A stretch of 64,000 nucleotides of DNA from a bacterium (GTDB lineage: Bacteria; UBA8248; JACPRG01; G963555815): positions 2,912,001 through 2,976,000 of the forward strand of contig OZ244653.1 in assembly GCA_965218795.1 (NCBI GenBank), in the 5' to 3' direction. The position numbers and the translations under genes were made by a program. Shown here piece after piece: positions 37,794 to 47,435 of the stretch. Position 1 is the first letter of the stretch. Every line of letters starts with the position of its first letter. The notes below the pieces were generated by a model that saw only the letters and a list, made by a program, of their open reading frames with translations, did not search any database and was not told the origin of the DNA.

Positions 37794-38169
37794 TGAGTTC
37801 CAAATCGTGGCCATCAGGTACATGTCGGATGGCGATATCGCGATGCCGACGGATCCGGGAAAGTGGTTTGTTCAACAGGCTTGCATCTTCGACTTGCTCC
37901 GCAGCCAAACAATTGAGCAGAAGCGGGAACAGCTACGTTGAAGCCATCGATTCAATAAGTAGGAACGAAGGGAAATCAACACTTGAGACGATAAATCTCT
38001 CCGAGAGTCGTGCAATGGGGTCGGCGTATTTTATCCGGGGGTCTGAAGTAATGTACGAGAACTACAAGCTGTGCGATCGTCTAACAGCCTCCAAACTGTG
38101 TCTCGTAGTCGAGCAGACTATGCGATGTTGGAGAAGAACACGGGGAACAGGGCGGGGGTTCCATTTCTC

Positions 38170-38511
38170 CGGGAAGAAATCATGTGCGGCCGGCCCGACG
38201 ATGAGCACATCTCCACCAGCTACGTCGAGCGGCAAAACCTCAGCATGAGAACAAGGGTGAAGCGCCTGGCGCGAAGGACGAACGCTTATTCCAAGAGAAT
38301 CGAGAACCACACCCACGCATTGAGCCTGTACTTCCTCCATTACAACTTCTGCCACGTCCTCAAAGGCCAGTCCGAAACGCCGGCGATGAAGGCCGGCATC
38401 GCTTCCGAGCGCCGTGACATCGACTGGATTCTTGGGCTCATCGAGGCCAGGGAACCAAAGCCAGGCCGGCGCGGGAAGTACAAGAAGCGGGAGAGGGCTT
38501 CTCTAATCTGA
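38170..38511 (+). pseudogene. IS1-family DDE transposase, C-terminal fragment
   Basis: ISTSYVERQNLSMR..KRLARRTNAYSK..NH..ALSLYFLHYNF and TPAM motifs. Confidence 0.75.
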
Positions 38512-38766
38512 ATCCCATAATGGTCTTTGGTTCAGTTCCTTGAAGCTTAAGTCTCTCTCAAGGCACAAAACTTTCCGCTCCAGCTTCACGCATTTCTCTT
38601 TGTATCGATCGGCTTCAGCCGTTGCCATATTGTAATGATCGTAAATATCTGGTTCGTGATATTGGAGTGGCTCGGGTTCGTCGTATTCGACGGGTGGGTC
38701 TAAATAGTCTAGGGAGGGATCGTCAATGCTGTTTAGGAAATCGTCAGGTTCGATGTCGATGTTCAT
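38503..38766 (-). CDS. Small acidic protein with C-terminal coiled coil
   Basis: GGAGA RBS, ATG 38766; D/E/P/Y-rich N-terminal half. Confidence 0.55.
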   Translation of the reverse strand: MNIDIEPDDFLNSIDDPSLDYLDPPVEYDEPEPLQYHEPDIYDHYNMATAEADRYKEKCVKLERKVLCLERDLSFKELNQRPLWDSD

Positions 38767-38886
38767 TGGGCATTCTCCCAGATATATGGGAGACCCCTTG
38801 ACTCGGCTCCGCCAGTACCCTATCTTTACATACAACAACTCCGGAGCTTTTCCCGCAGGGGACTCCCATGGTCATGCGGGGCATCC

Positions 38887-38914
38887 AGGCCGGCTTCCTA
38901 CAGCCGGCCTTTTT
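38887..38914 (+). terminator. Rho-independent terminator
   Basis: AGGCCGGCT-TCCTAC-AGCCGGCCT followed by TTTT. Confidence 0.7.
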
Positions 38915-39187
38915 GCGTCAATGGATGGATATAGTGTGATTTTTTTCAGATGTCAAGAAAGGCGAAATAACCCGCGCGGGCCGTACAGGGAGCGGGTTGA
39001 CAGGGGGGCCTGAAGGTCCTATATCCTGAGACGTGAAAAAGCCGCTGGTTCTGTGCCGGAGCCAGCGGCCATTCGAGACCTACATTGATCACCATCCCCA
39101 CCCCTCCAATGTAGGTCTCTCCAATCCAAAAGTCAAGGACACTCCCACAGGATAAGTGAGCCTTGGCTCGGACAGGAGAGCCTTACC

Positions 39188-39370
39188 ATGAAAACAGAAG
39201 CTCAAGCAACACGCGAATACCTTGAGGATCGTCTGCTCCAGGACGCCATATCGGAGGGCCTGGTACGGAGGCCGATGGGGTTCATCGACCCGCCCCAGCT
39301 GAAGGAGTGCCTCTATGAGCAGTTTGTCTCGGAGGACCCGCTGGCCGGTGCGATCATTGAAGAGGAGTAG
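39188..39370 (+). CDS. Small hypothetical protein
   Basis: AGGAG RBS; first of a two-gene pair. Confidence 0.5.
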   Translation: MKTEAQATREYLEDRLLQDAISEGLVRRPMGFIDPPQLKECLYEQFVSEDPLAGAIIEEE

Positions 39371-39375
39371 GAATA

Positions 39376-39699
39376 ATGATGATGCAAGATCACCAGTTGG
39401 ATTCCATGTCAAAAGATGAGTTCGTAAAAGAGGTCTTGAAGGGGGGGCAATCCATATCTGTCAAGGACTTCGAAATTTTTGAGAAAGAAGGTGGGGAGTT
39501 TGCCTTGGTGCTGATGTCTGGAAATAACACCGTCGATTTGTGCTCCGAAAGCCCTGCGGGGGGACGCTATTACAGACTGGATTCCACAAAAGCCAAGGAA
39601 TTGACGACAGAATTACACAAAAAAACCAGGGGAAAAATCCCTTACGAGGATGAGCCTTTGCCGAGTGTGGATGTCATCGAACAGGAAATGAATCGCTAA
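39376..39699 (+). CDS. Hypothetical protein
   Basis: GAGGAG RBS; 107 aa. Confidence 0.5.
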   Translation: MMMQDHQLDSMSKDEFVKEVLKGGQSISVKDFEIFEKEGGEFALVLMSGNNTVDLCSESPAGGRYYRLDSTKAKELTTELHKKTRGKIPYEDEPLPSVDVIEQEMNR

Positions 39700-39712
39700 A
39701 TTCAGGCCGCAT

Positions 39713-39731
39713 TTCAAACTGAGACACTACC
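39713..39731. mobile_element. Putative right end of an IS1-family element carrying passenger genes
   Basis: TTCAAACTGAGACACTACC (rc GGTAGTGTCTCAGTTTGAA) resembles IS1-family termini; lies 1.2 kb downstream of the transposase fragment. Confidence 0.5.
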
Positions 39732-40340
39732 GAAAGCCGGTGGACGTAAAGTCTTCTCCCTATCCGGTAGATAGGGTACCCCCGGCTCGCTGCTCCGGGA
39801 AGCACCGGGGAGATCCCGCCAGCCGCACGATGGCGCGAATCGTGCCGCACGCAGCTCCTCGCGCGCTTCGCACGATTCGAACGCCCACGGCTTCGCCACG
39901 CGTAGTACCCGCTGGGAGAGACACCCGGCCGACGGTACATCGTGGCTACCCGATGACGGGCCTGATTCGCCCTCACGAGCTCGAACACTTCGCCCGTACC
40001 GAGCCGGTCTCCCGAGCGAACCAGGCCGTAGCTTTTTTAGGATCTCCCGTTCCTCGCGAAGCTGACGGTTCTCCCGACGAAGCCGCCGTAGCTCCTCACG
40101 CTCGGCCGTCGTCAGACCGTCCTCACGACGGACCTCATCCCGATCGGCTTGACGCACCCAGTTGCGAATCGCCGAAGCGGAGCACTCGAACTCGCGGGCC
40201 AGTTCCCCGGGCGTGCGGCCCGAGCGGACCAGTTCGACCATCTGGCGCCGCTACTCCGGCGCGTAAGGAGAATGAGTCTTTGCCATCTGAACACCTCCTG
40301 CGAACAGGCTGAAGGTGTCCACCGAAACGGGGCAAATCCA
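39732..40340 (-). mobile_element. IS3-family remnant (left IR, orfA, start of orfB, deleted)
   Basis: IR TGGATTTGCCCCGTTTCGGTGGACAC; OrfA MVELVRSGRTP...EREILKK; OrfB start GVSPSGYYAW. Confidence 0.85.
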
Positions 40341-40379
40341 GCGACAATCCGCTTTCTCCCCGGAGCTGATCGTCGTCTG

Positions 40380-41588
40380 CTACTTGGCGCGATCCTGCAG
40401 CGACATCTCTCGATACCCCTTCAGGATGTGCCCGGCGATGCTGTCCGCGACCCGCACAGCCGCCTCGTGCACCGAATCTCGGGCGAGATGCGCATAGCGC
40501 GCCGTGGTCTCGACCTGGGTGTGGCCAAGGAGCTTTCCGATCATCGGGAGAGACTCGCCCAGCGCCAGGGCCCTCGACGCGTAGCTGTGCCTGCAGTCGT
40601 GGATGCGCATGTCCGTGAGTCCCGCGCGCTCGCAGATGATCTCCCAGGGGTCGTTCAGGTTGCGCATCGGCCTGCCCTTGACCTTGCCCGGAATGACGAA
40701 CGGATTGTCCTGAACGCGCGGGATAGCCGCCAGCACGCCGGCGGCTTCCGGCGAGAGCGAGATCCTCCGCGGGCCGGTCTTGGTGTCAGGCAATCCGAGC
40801 TCGTTCGCCTTGAGGTCCACCTCGTCCCAGCGCATCGAGAGGATCTCGTTCTTCCGGCATCCGGTCAGCAGAAGCAGGCGGATAGCCGCCACCGCGTGAA
40901 CCGAAACCCCCTTGCGGGTCTCCGCCTCGTCCAGCACCCGGCCGAGACGCCGGAACTCCTCCCCGGTCAGGAACCGGTCGCGGGCGCGCTCACGGTACTT
41001 GACCACCAGCCGGCACGGGTTGGCGGCCTCCGGGATCAGCCCCCGGTCCCCGGCCGCGTTGTATATCCGCGAGAGCACGTCCACCACGCGGTTCGCCATG
41101 AACGGCGTCTCCCGGAGCTTATGATGCAACTCGCTCACACGGACGTGTCCGACCGCAAGCGCGGGCATCCTGCCGAGCGCGGGCAGGATATGTTTCCGGA
41201 CGGCCTGGCCGTACATCTCCACCGTCTTCGGCTTGCACCGCACCGCGACGTGTTCTTCCAGATACGCCCGGGCAAGTTCGGCAACGCTCGGCCCCTCCGC
41301 CGGCCTGAGCGGCTTGGGGACCGGCTCCTCGCCCGCCTTGATCCGCGTGATGATAAGCGCCGCCCGCCTGCGCGCCTCCTCGGCCGTAACGACGCCGTGG
41401 CGGCCCACCGTCACCCGCTTCGCCGCCCGGCCGCCCGCGCGGGTCTGCACCACGTAGTACTTGCTCCCCGAGGGATAGACCCGCACCCCGAACCCGCTCA
41501 GTTCGCTGTCCCAGAACACCGTGTCCTTCTCTACCTTGAGCGCCTCCACCGTGCGCCTGGAAACCGTCTTCGTCTCAAACCTCGCCAT
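40380..41588 (-). CDS. Tyrosine integrase with N-terminal arm-binding domain
   Basis: WDSELSGFGVRV arm domain; catalytic TGCR, KTG, HDCRH, LLGH, TTARY. Confidence 0.92.
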   Translation of the reverse strand: MARFETKTVSRRTVEALKVEKDTVFWDSELSGFGVRVYPSGSKYYVVQTRAGGRAAKRVTVGRHGVVTAEEARRRAALIITRIKAGEEPVPKPLRPAEGPSVAELARAYLEEHVAVRCKPKTVEMYGQAVRKHILPALGRMPALAVGHVRVSELHHKLRETPFMANRVVDVLSRIYNAAGDRGLIPEAANPCRLVVKYRERARDRFLTGEEFRRLGRVLDEAETRKGVSVHAVAAIRLLLLTGCRKNEILSMRWDEVDLKANELGLPDTKTGPRRISLSPEAAGVLAAIPRVQDNPFVIPGKVKGRPMRNLNDPWEIICERAGLTDMRIHDCRHSYASRALALGESLPMIGKLLGHTQVETTARYAHLARDSVHEAAVRVADSIAGHILKGYREMSLQDRAK

Positions 41589-41600
41589 ACCTCTCCTCCC

Positions 41601-42779
41601 TCACGCGGAGCCGTTCAGAACGTCCGCCCCGATGCTTCCGCCGACCTTCACGGCGGAGGCCTTCTCGGTATCGCGCGCGAGATGCGCGTACCGCGCCGTC
41701 GTCGTGACCTTGTGGTGACCCAGGAGCTTCCCGATCATGGGAAGCCCCTCGCCGAGGGCCAGCGCCCTCGACGCATAGCTGTGCCGGCAGTCGTGGATGC
41801 GGACGTCCTCGAGCCCGGCGCGCGCCCGGAGCCTGAGCCAGATGCCGTCCAGGTTCTTGAGGTGATCTTCCGGATTCTGGCCGGCGATGACCCAGGGGTT
41901 GTCCTTGAGGCGCGGAATACCGGCGAGCACCGCCTCCACCGCCGGCGTCAGCGGAACCCGCCGCGCGCCCGTCTTCGCATCGGCGATCCGCAGTTCGCCC
42001 GCCGTGCGGTCCACGTCGTCCCACCGCAACGTCACGATCTCGTTCTTCCTGCATCCGGTCAGCAGCAGAAGGCGGATCGCCGCAATCCCGGAGGCGAGCA
42101 CCGAACCATCAGCCTCCGCCTCCTCCAGCACCTCTCCCAGCCGCCGGTATTCCTCGGGCGTCAAGAACCGCTCGCGGCGCCGTTCCTTGTAACGCCGCAC
42201 CGAGCGGCACGGGTTCCGTCTCGGCGGCGTCATGCCCCAGGCCTCGGCGAGCTTGAACATCTTCGCCAGCACGCTCACCGTCTGGTTGGCCTGGTAGGGC
42301 TTGTCCCGGAGTTTGTGATGGAGTGCGGAGACATGGGACCGTTCCACGGCGGACAGCGCGAGTTCCCCCAGCTCCGGCACGATATACAGATCGACCACGC
42401 GCCGGAACACTTCCACGGTGTTCGGCCGGCAGTTCACCTCGACATGGGCCCGCATGTAGCGCTCGGCAAGATCGGCCACCGTCGGTTCCGGGGCGGGCTC
42501 CGGCGGATGCGGATCCTCGCCCCTCTTGATGCGGTCGATCACGACGGCGGCCTCGCGCCGCGCCGCGTCGGCGGAGATATCCCCGTGCCGGCCGATGGAG
42601 GCGCGCCTGGGTCCACTGGCCGGCCCCCGCGTCTGTACGACATAGTTCTTGCGGCCCGTGGCGTAGACCCGCACCCCGAAGCCGGGGAGTTCCCGGTCCC
42701 AGAAGACGGCATCCCCCTTCTCCACGGCGAGTGCGTCGACCACTCGTTTGCTGAGCTTGACTGCATCCTTCCGGGCCAT
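41601..42779 (-). CDS. Tyrosine integrase with N-terminal arm-binding domain (tandem paralogue)
   Basis: Same motifs as 40380-41588, all intact; ends 12 nt upstream of the paralogue. Confidence 0.92.
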   Translation of the reverse strand: MARKDAVKLSKRVVDALAVEKGDAVFWDRELPGFGVRVYATGRKNYVVQTRGPASGPRRASIGRHGDISADAARREAAVVIDRIKRGEDPHPPEPAPEPTVADLAERYMRAHVEVNCRPNTVEVFRRVVDLYIVPELGELALSAVERSHVSALHHKLRDKPYQANQTVSVLAKMFKLAEAWGMTPPRRNPCRSVRRYKERRRERFLTPEEYRRLGEVLEEAEADGSVLASGIAAIRLLLLTGCRKNEIVTLRWDDVDRTAGELRIADAKTGARRVPLTPAVEAVLAGIPRLKDNPWVIAGQNPEDHLKNLDGIWLRLRARAGLEDVRIHDCRHSYASRALALGEGLPMIGKLLGHHKVTTTARYAHLARDTEKASAVKVGGSIGADVLNGSA

Positions 42780-42997
42780 GAGAATGTCTCCATACGGTCC
42801 TTCGCGCTGCCGATCGGATCACGCAAACCGTCATCATTCCGCAACCGACTGAGGTCAAATCCATGGCCATTTAAGTACATTCTTGTCGCAAATCCAAGGG
42901 CCGGGAGAGGCACGAAACGGAATTAAAATGAATGATTACATATATTTATCATGTAATCGGCATGACATGCGCACCAATGTCAATCAGGATGATTTTA

Positions 42998-43212
42998 TAC
43001 ATAATCTATGTCATTCGTATGCCAGCCGTGCACTGGCGCTCGGCGAGAGTTTGCCGATGATCGGAAAGCTGTTGGGCCACAGCCAAGTCGAGACCACGGC
43101 TCGGTACGCGCATCTGGCGCGGGATTCGGTGCAGGAGGCCGCAGCCCGTATCGCCGACAGTATCGCGACCGACATTCTGGGCGAAGGCTGGAGGCCAGCT
43201 TCCGGTTCATGA
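42998..43212 (+). pseudogene. C-terminal fragment of a third integrase, opposite orientation
   Basis: IHNLCHSYASRALALGESLPMIGKLLGHSQVETTARYAHLARD with no upstream body. Confidence 0.85.
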
Positions 43213-43464
43213 TCTTTGCCACACTTATGCAGTTCTAGAGAATTTCCACGCTCTCAAATATCGTTTATCTATTTGTTTTTCAATGTTGTTTCCGTGTTCG
43301 CTGCAACTCGCCTGATTATGTCCTACTGGGCTGGGTGATCGTTTCGCAACCGGATTTGATCAATATGCAGGCATGACATGTCTGCACTTGTCGGTTATCG
43401 CTCCCGGGACCCTGATTCCGACATCCCCGCACCGTGGCCCGTCGCACGGCTCCATTCACGCAAA

Positions 43465-43728
43465 ACGATCCGCTCGAGCTCCTCCACGCTCCGAACTCCT
43501 CAGACCGTCCTCACGACGGCCCTCGTCCCGATCGGCTTGGCGTACCCAGTTGCGAATCGCCGAAGCGAAGCACTCAAACTCGCGAGCCAGCTCCCCGGGC
43601 GTGCGGCCCGCGCGGACCAGCTCGACCATCTGGCGCCGTTACGCCGGCGCGTAAGGGGAATGAGTCTTTGTCATCTGAACACCTCCTGCGCACAGTCTGA
43701 AGGTGTCCACAAAAACGGGGCAAATCCA
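43465..43728 (-). mobile_element. IS3-family remnant (left IR plus orfA fragment)
   Basis: Similar to ~40085-40340; IR ends at 43728. Confidence 0.85.
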
Positions 43729-43935
43729 GTCAACGTACTGCTCATGGCCCAGGTGCTCGGGCTTGGCATCAGCTTCTTTCCCTATCAGATGCCCCCGCTG
43801 ATCACGGCACAGGGCTTCGGGGCCTATACGAACAAGCAGGCCCTGCGCGTCATGCTGCCCTTCGGGATCATCAGCATCCTCATTGTCATCCCGCTCACAA
43901 TTCTCTACTGGAAGCTCATCGGGTTTATTCCTTGA
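43729..43935 (+). pseudogene. C-terminal remnant of an SLC13/DASS-like permease, truncated by IS3
   Basis: MAQVLGLGISFFPYQMPP...ILIVIPLTILYWKLIG directly abuts the IS end. Confidence 0.65.
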
Positions 43936-43987
43936 GGGGGCGCTTCCGATGAGAGGGTTCACCCCTGGGTCGTGATAACGGGTCCAT

Positions 43988-44027
43988 GATAGACTGGGAT
44001 AGACTGGGATAGACTGGGATAGACTGG
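43988..44027. repeat. Tandem repeat (GATAGACTGG)x4
   Basis: Four perfect copies counted directly. Confidence 0.95.
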
Positions 44028-44125
44028 TTTTGCTTTCCCTTTTGATAAGCCAATCGGTTGCGGAATGAGGCCGTTCTCGGAAGTGTAAAACATCATCAGA
44101 GGGTCAACAGAAAAGGAAGAGGTTG

Positions 44126-45328
44126 ATGGGTAACACTCCTTGGGCATGCGAGGATTTTTGGGTCGGGCCGCTGAACTACTCGGATGAAGTCAAGAGCCGG
44201 CTGGACCTTCCGGAAAAAGTGGAGATCCACGATGTCACCCTGCGGGACGGTGAACAGACCCCGGGTGTCGTTTTCCGGGTTGAAGAGAAGCTGGAGATCG
44301 CCAAGGCCCTTGACGATCTGGGGGTTGACCGGATTGAAGGCGGCATGCCCGCTGTTTCGACCGACGACGCCAAGGCTATCGAGGAGATGTCACGGATGGG
44401 CCTTCGGGCCAAGTTGATGACGTTCTGCCGGGCCACGCCCGCGGATGTCGATCTCTCCCTGAAGTGCGGCGCGCAGGGGGTGATCATCGAGATCCCCTGC
44501 GGCAAGCCGAAACTCAAGTACCAGTTCACGAAATGGAGCGAAGAGGACGTCATTCAGCGAAGCGCCGAGACGGTGGCCCACGCCAAGGCTGCGGGCCTTC
44601 ATACGGTCTATTTCCCTTATGACACCACACGGGCGGATCTGGATTTTCTCGACCGTCTGTTGGGAGAAGTCATGGAGCGAGGCCGGCCGGACGCCGTAGG
44701 CGTCGTGGATACGACAGGTTGCTTGCTCCCCCAGGCCATGGAGGTGTTGGTCCGCAGGGTGCGGAAACGGATTGACGCTGAGGTCGAAGTCCACACGCAT
44801 AACGACCTGGGGATGGGCATCGCGACGACCCTGGCGGCTGTCGGAGCCGGGGCGACGGTGGCCCACGTGAGCGTGAACGCCTTGGGAGAGCGTAGCGGAA
44901 ACGCCTCCCTGGATGAAGTGGCGGTGAGTCTCAGGACCCTGTACGGTATGAAAACCAATATCCGGTTCGAGAAGCTGGAGGAGGTGAGCGCTCTGGTTCA
45001 GAGATTGTCGGGCTATCCCCTGGCTCTCGGAAAGGCGTTGACGGGATTGAATACCTTCACGCGGGAGTCCGGCATCGGAATCGACATGTTGTATGAGCAT
45101 CCGCTGGCGATGTTCTCCATTGCGCCGAAGTTCGTCGGAAACCGGCCCCGCGTTGTGTTGGGTAAGAAGAGCGGAGCGACTTCCATCCGGGTCAAGCTCG
45201 AGGAGCACGGCCTGAAACTGGAGGAGGAAAAGACCCAAGCGGCCCTGGCGGAAGTCAAGCGGCGGTCGATCGAGCGAAAGGCGCTCATCGACGATGACGA
45301 ATTCAGGGAGATCGTCGAGGCTTTGTAA
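44126..45328 (+). CDS. DRE-TIM metallolyase (isopropylmalate/homocitrate synthase-like, short form)
   Basis: DVTLRDGEQ, HTHNDLG and LGERSGN motifs; no LeuA regulatory domain. Confidence 0.85.
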   Translation: MGNTPWACEDFWVGPLNYSDEVKSRLDLPEKVEIHDVTLRDGEQTPGVVFRVEEKLEIAKALDDLGVDRIEGGMPAVSTDDAKAIEEMSRMGLRAKLMTFCRATPADVDLSLKCGAQGVIIEIPCGKPKLKYQFTKWSEEDVIQRSAETVAHAKAAGLHTVYFPYDTTRADLDFLDRLLGEVMERGRPDAVGVVDTTGCLLPQAMEVLVRRVRKRIDAEVEVHTHNDLGMGIATTLAAVGAGATVAHVSVNALGERSGNASLDEVAVSLRTLYGMKTNIRFEKLEEVSALVQRLSGYPLALGKALTGLNTFTRESGIGIDMLYEHPLAMFSIAPKFVGNRPRVVLGKKSGATSIRVKLEEHGLKLEEEKTQAALAEVKRRSIERKALIDDDEFREIVEAL

Positions 45329-45403
45329 AGATTTCGTTGTCTTATGGTTCCACGGTGACCCGCCTGGGCGGGTTATCCCATTTTCATGGAGTCTGCCATT
45401 CAC

Positions 45404-46579
45404 ATGGATTTCGAATTAACGTCTGAACAGAAGTCATTGCAGAGAAAGACGCGAGAATTCGTCGACCGGCACATCCTCCCGATCAGCCTGGAGCGCGATC
45501 AGATTCCGGACCCCGCTGAAGCCTTTCCCTGGGAGGTGATTGAAGAGGGCGACCGGCTGGGGCTGCGGCTCTTGTCCCTCCCGGAGGAAGACGGCGGGGC
45601 CGGCGCGGATATCGTGGCCTTGTGCCTGGTGGGGGAGGAGCTGGCGCGCGGCGACCTGGGCCTCGCGGTGGCCTTTGACCAGACCTGGAAGATGTTCAGC
45701 CTCCTCGCCGGGAGCATGTCGGAGGATCAGAAAAAGCGTCACTTTCCGGCGCTCCTGAACAATCCTCGGGCGCTCTTGGCCACCGCCAACACGGAGCCCG
45801 AAATCGGATCGGACAATATCCTCCCCTATGATGCGCCGGGGGCCGGTACGCAGACCACGGCCCTGTTGGATGGCGATCACTATGTCATCAACGGGCGGAA
45901 GCACTTCATCTCCAATGGCGGCCTTGCGAGTTTCTACGTCTTGTATGCACGGACAGACAACAGTGTAGGGGTCTCCGAGGGATTGACGGCATTCCTTCTG
46001 CCGGCGAATACGCCGGGATTTTCCGTTGTCCGTGTACACAACAAGATGGGACAGCGTCTTGTCCAAAACGCCGAGTTGCTGTTGGAGAATGTTCGGATTC
46101 CGGTGGAAGACCGCCTGGGGGAGGAAAACAAGGCGATGTTCATGCGGCGGCATTGGCTTCTGGGGAGCAATACCCAAGCGGCAGCGACCGTCCTCGGGTG
46201 CGCCGTCGGCGCCTACGAATACGCGCTGAATTGGGCGAAGACGAGAATCCAGGGCGGGAAGCCGATCATCGAGCATCCCAATGTCGCCTCCGTCTGCTCG
46301 GACATGTTCATGGACCTCGAAGCATCCCGAAGCTTTATCTTGCGGACGGCCTGGGCGGCCGAGCACGATCCGAATTTTCAACCCCGACTCAGCAACATGT
46401 GCAAGGTCTTCGCATCCGAAGCGGCCACCCGGGTCTGCATTGCGGCCCTCGATATTATGGGCGGGCATGGATATATGAAGGACCATCCGGTCGAGAAGTA
46501 TCTGCGGGATGCGTTGTCATTCCACCACTCGGATGGACATAATCATATCATTCGTCTTCGAACCGCACCCATGCTCTAG
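45404..46579 (+). CDS. Acyl-CoA dehydrogenase family protein
   Basis: TEPEIGSD, INGRKHFISNG, RIQGGKPI, GGHGY; HSDG stands where YEG is usual. Confidence 0.88.
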   Translation: MDFELTSEQKSLQRKTREFVDRHILPISLERDQIPDPAEAFPWEVIEEGDRLGLRLLSLPEEDGGAGADIVALCLVGEELARGDLGLAVAFDQTWKMFSLLAGSMSEDQKKRHFPALLNNPRALLATANTEPEIGSDNILPYDAPGAGTQTTALLDGDHYVINGRKHFISNGGLASFYVLYARTDNSVGVSEGLTAFLLPANTPGFSVVRVHNKMGQRLVQNAELLLENVRIPVEDRLGEENKAMFMRRHWLLGSNTQAAATVLGCAVGAYEYALNWAKTRIQGGKPIIEHPNVASVCSDMFMDLEASRSFILRTAWAAEHDPNFQPRLSNMCKVFASEAATRVCIAALDIMGGHGYMKDHPVEKYLRDALSFHHSDGHNHIIRLRTAPML

Positions 46580-46989
46580 CCCGGAGATCCGGCTTTCGAC
46601 GGTCTGAAGATTTCCTGGATAAGGCTTATTGAAAAATAAGGCTGATGGCTGCCGCATACCGAGAAAGACACTCAACCCTCGGGTTGCGTCACACTCTCAT
46701 CCAGCCGCGATCATCTCCCCGGATCACCCTGCACTTTCGTGACAAGGGGAAGGGGGCCGCCTTCGCCCGCTTTCCTGGTCAACCCGCTCCCAAGCAGGAC
46801 CGCGTCCGGGCCATCGATTTCCATTGGGTCCGCAAAACCCCTCCGGCGGCGAAAGCCGACGGATTGACCCACCCTTGCAATACGACCGATCATTGAAAAT
46901 TCAACGAGATTCGATTCCTCCCGATGAAGCCTGAAGGCTGCCGTCCGGCCAGGGGGAATCATTCGAATTTCCTGAACGGGGAGGCGGGC

Positions 46990-47286
46990 ATGTCAACGTA
47001 TGTTCTTCTCGCGAACTTTACAGACCAAGGAATCAGAACAGTCAAGGAATCCCCCATGCGCTCGGCAGCCGCGGGCCGGATAATGAATGAATTGGGGGGA
47101 GAGCTGAAAGAGGCCTATCTGACCTTCGGAGGCTACGATTTCGTTGTGATTGCAGAAGCGCCCAGTGATGAGGTCATGGCCAAGTTCCTGATGCGCATCG
47201 CCTCGGACGGAAACCTTCGGTTCACAACCCTGAAGGCATTTCCGAGCGCTGAATATCGGAAGCTCATGGAAGAAATTCCTTCTTGA
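46990..47286 (+). CDS. GYD domain-containing protein
   Basis: FTDQGI and TFGGYDFVVI motifs. Confidence 0.85.
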   Translation: MSTYVLLANFTDQGIRTVKESPMRSAAAGRIMNELGGELKEAYLTFGGYDFVVIAEAPSDEVMAKFLMRIASDGNLRFTTLKAFPSAEYRKLMEEIPS

Positions 47287-47435
47287 ATTTTCGGTGGAGC
47301 GAGAGCCGTTCCAATGCGTGGTTGACAGTTCAGCCTTTTCGGTTGATCGTGGTTCATTCCATCGACCCAAGCTGCTGTGTCTTTCTGGAGGCCTCGTATT
47401 CCCCAAAAGCAAATTTTTTCGAAGGGGGTATCACG

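Noticed and set aside
40149-42926. 925-aa + strand ORF and other long antisense ORFs (e.g. 8979-10724, 12206-13771, 52726-54393)
   Set aside because: Shadow frames opposite well-supported genes in GC-rich DNA; no motifs.
42992-43021. dif-like Xer site
   Set aside because: One arm (rc TTATGTATAAAAT) loosely resembles the XerD arm, but the other arm does not match XerC, and it overlaps the integrase fragment.
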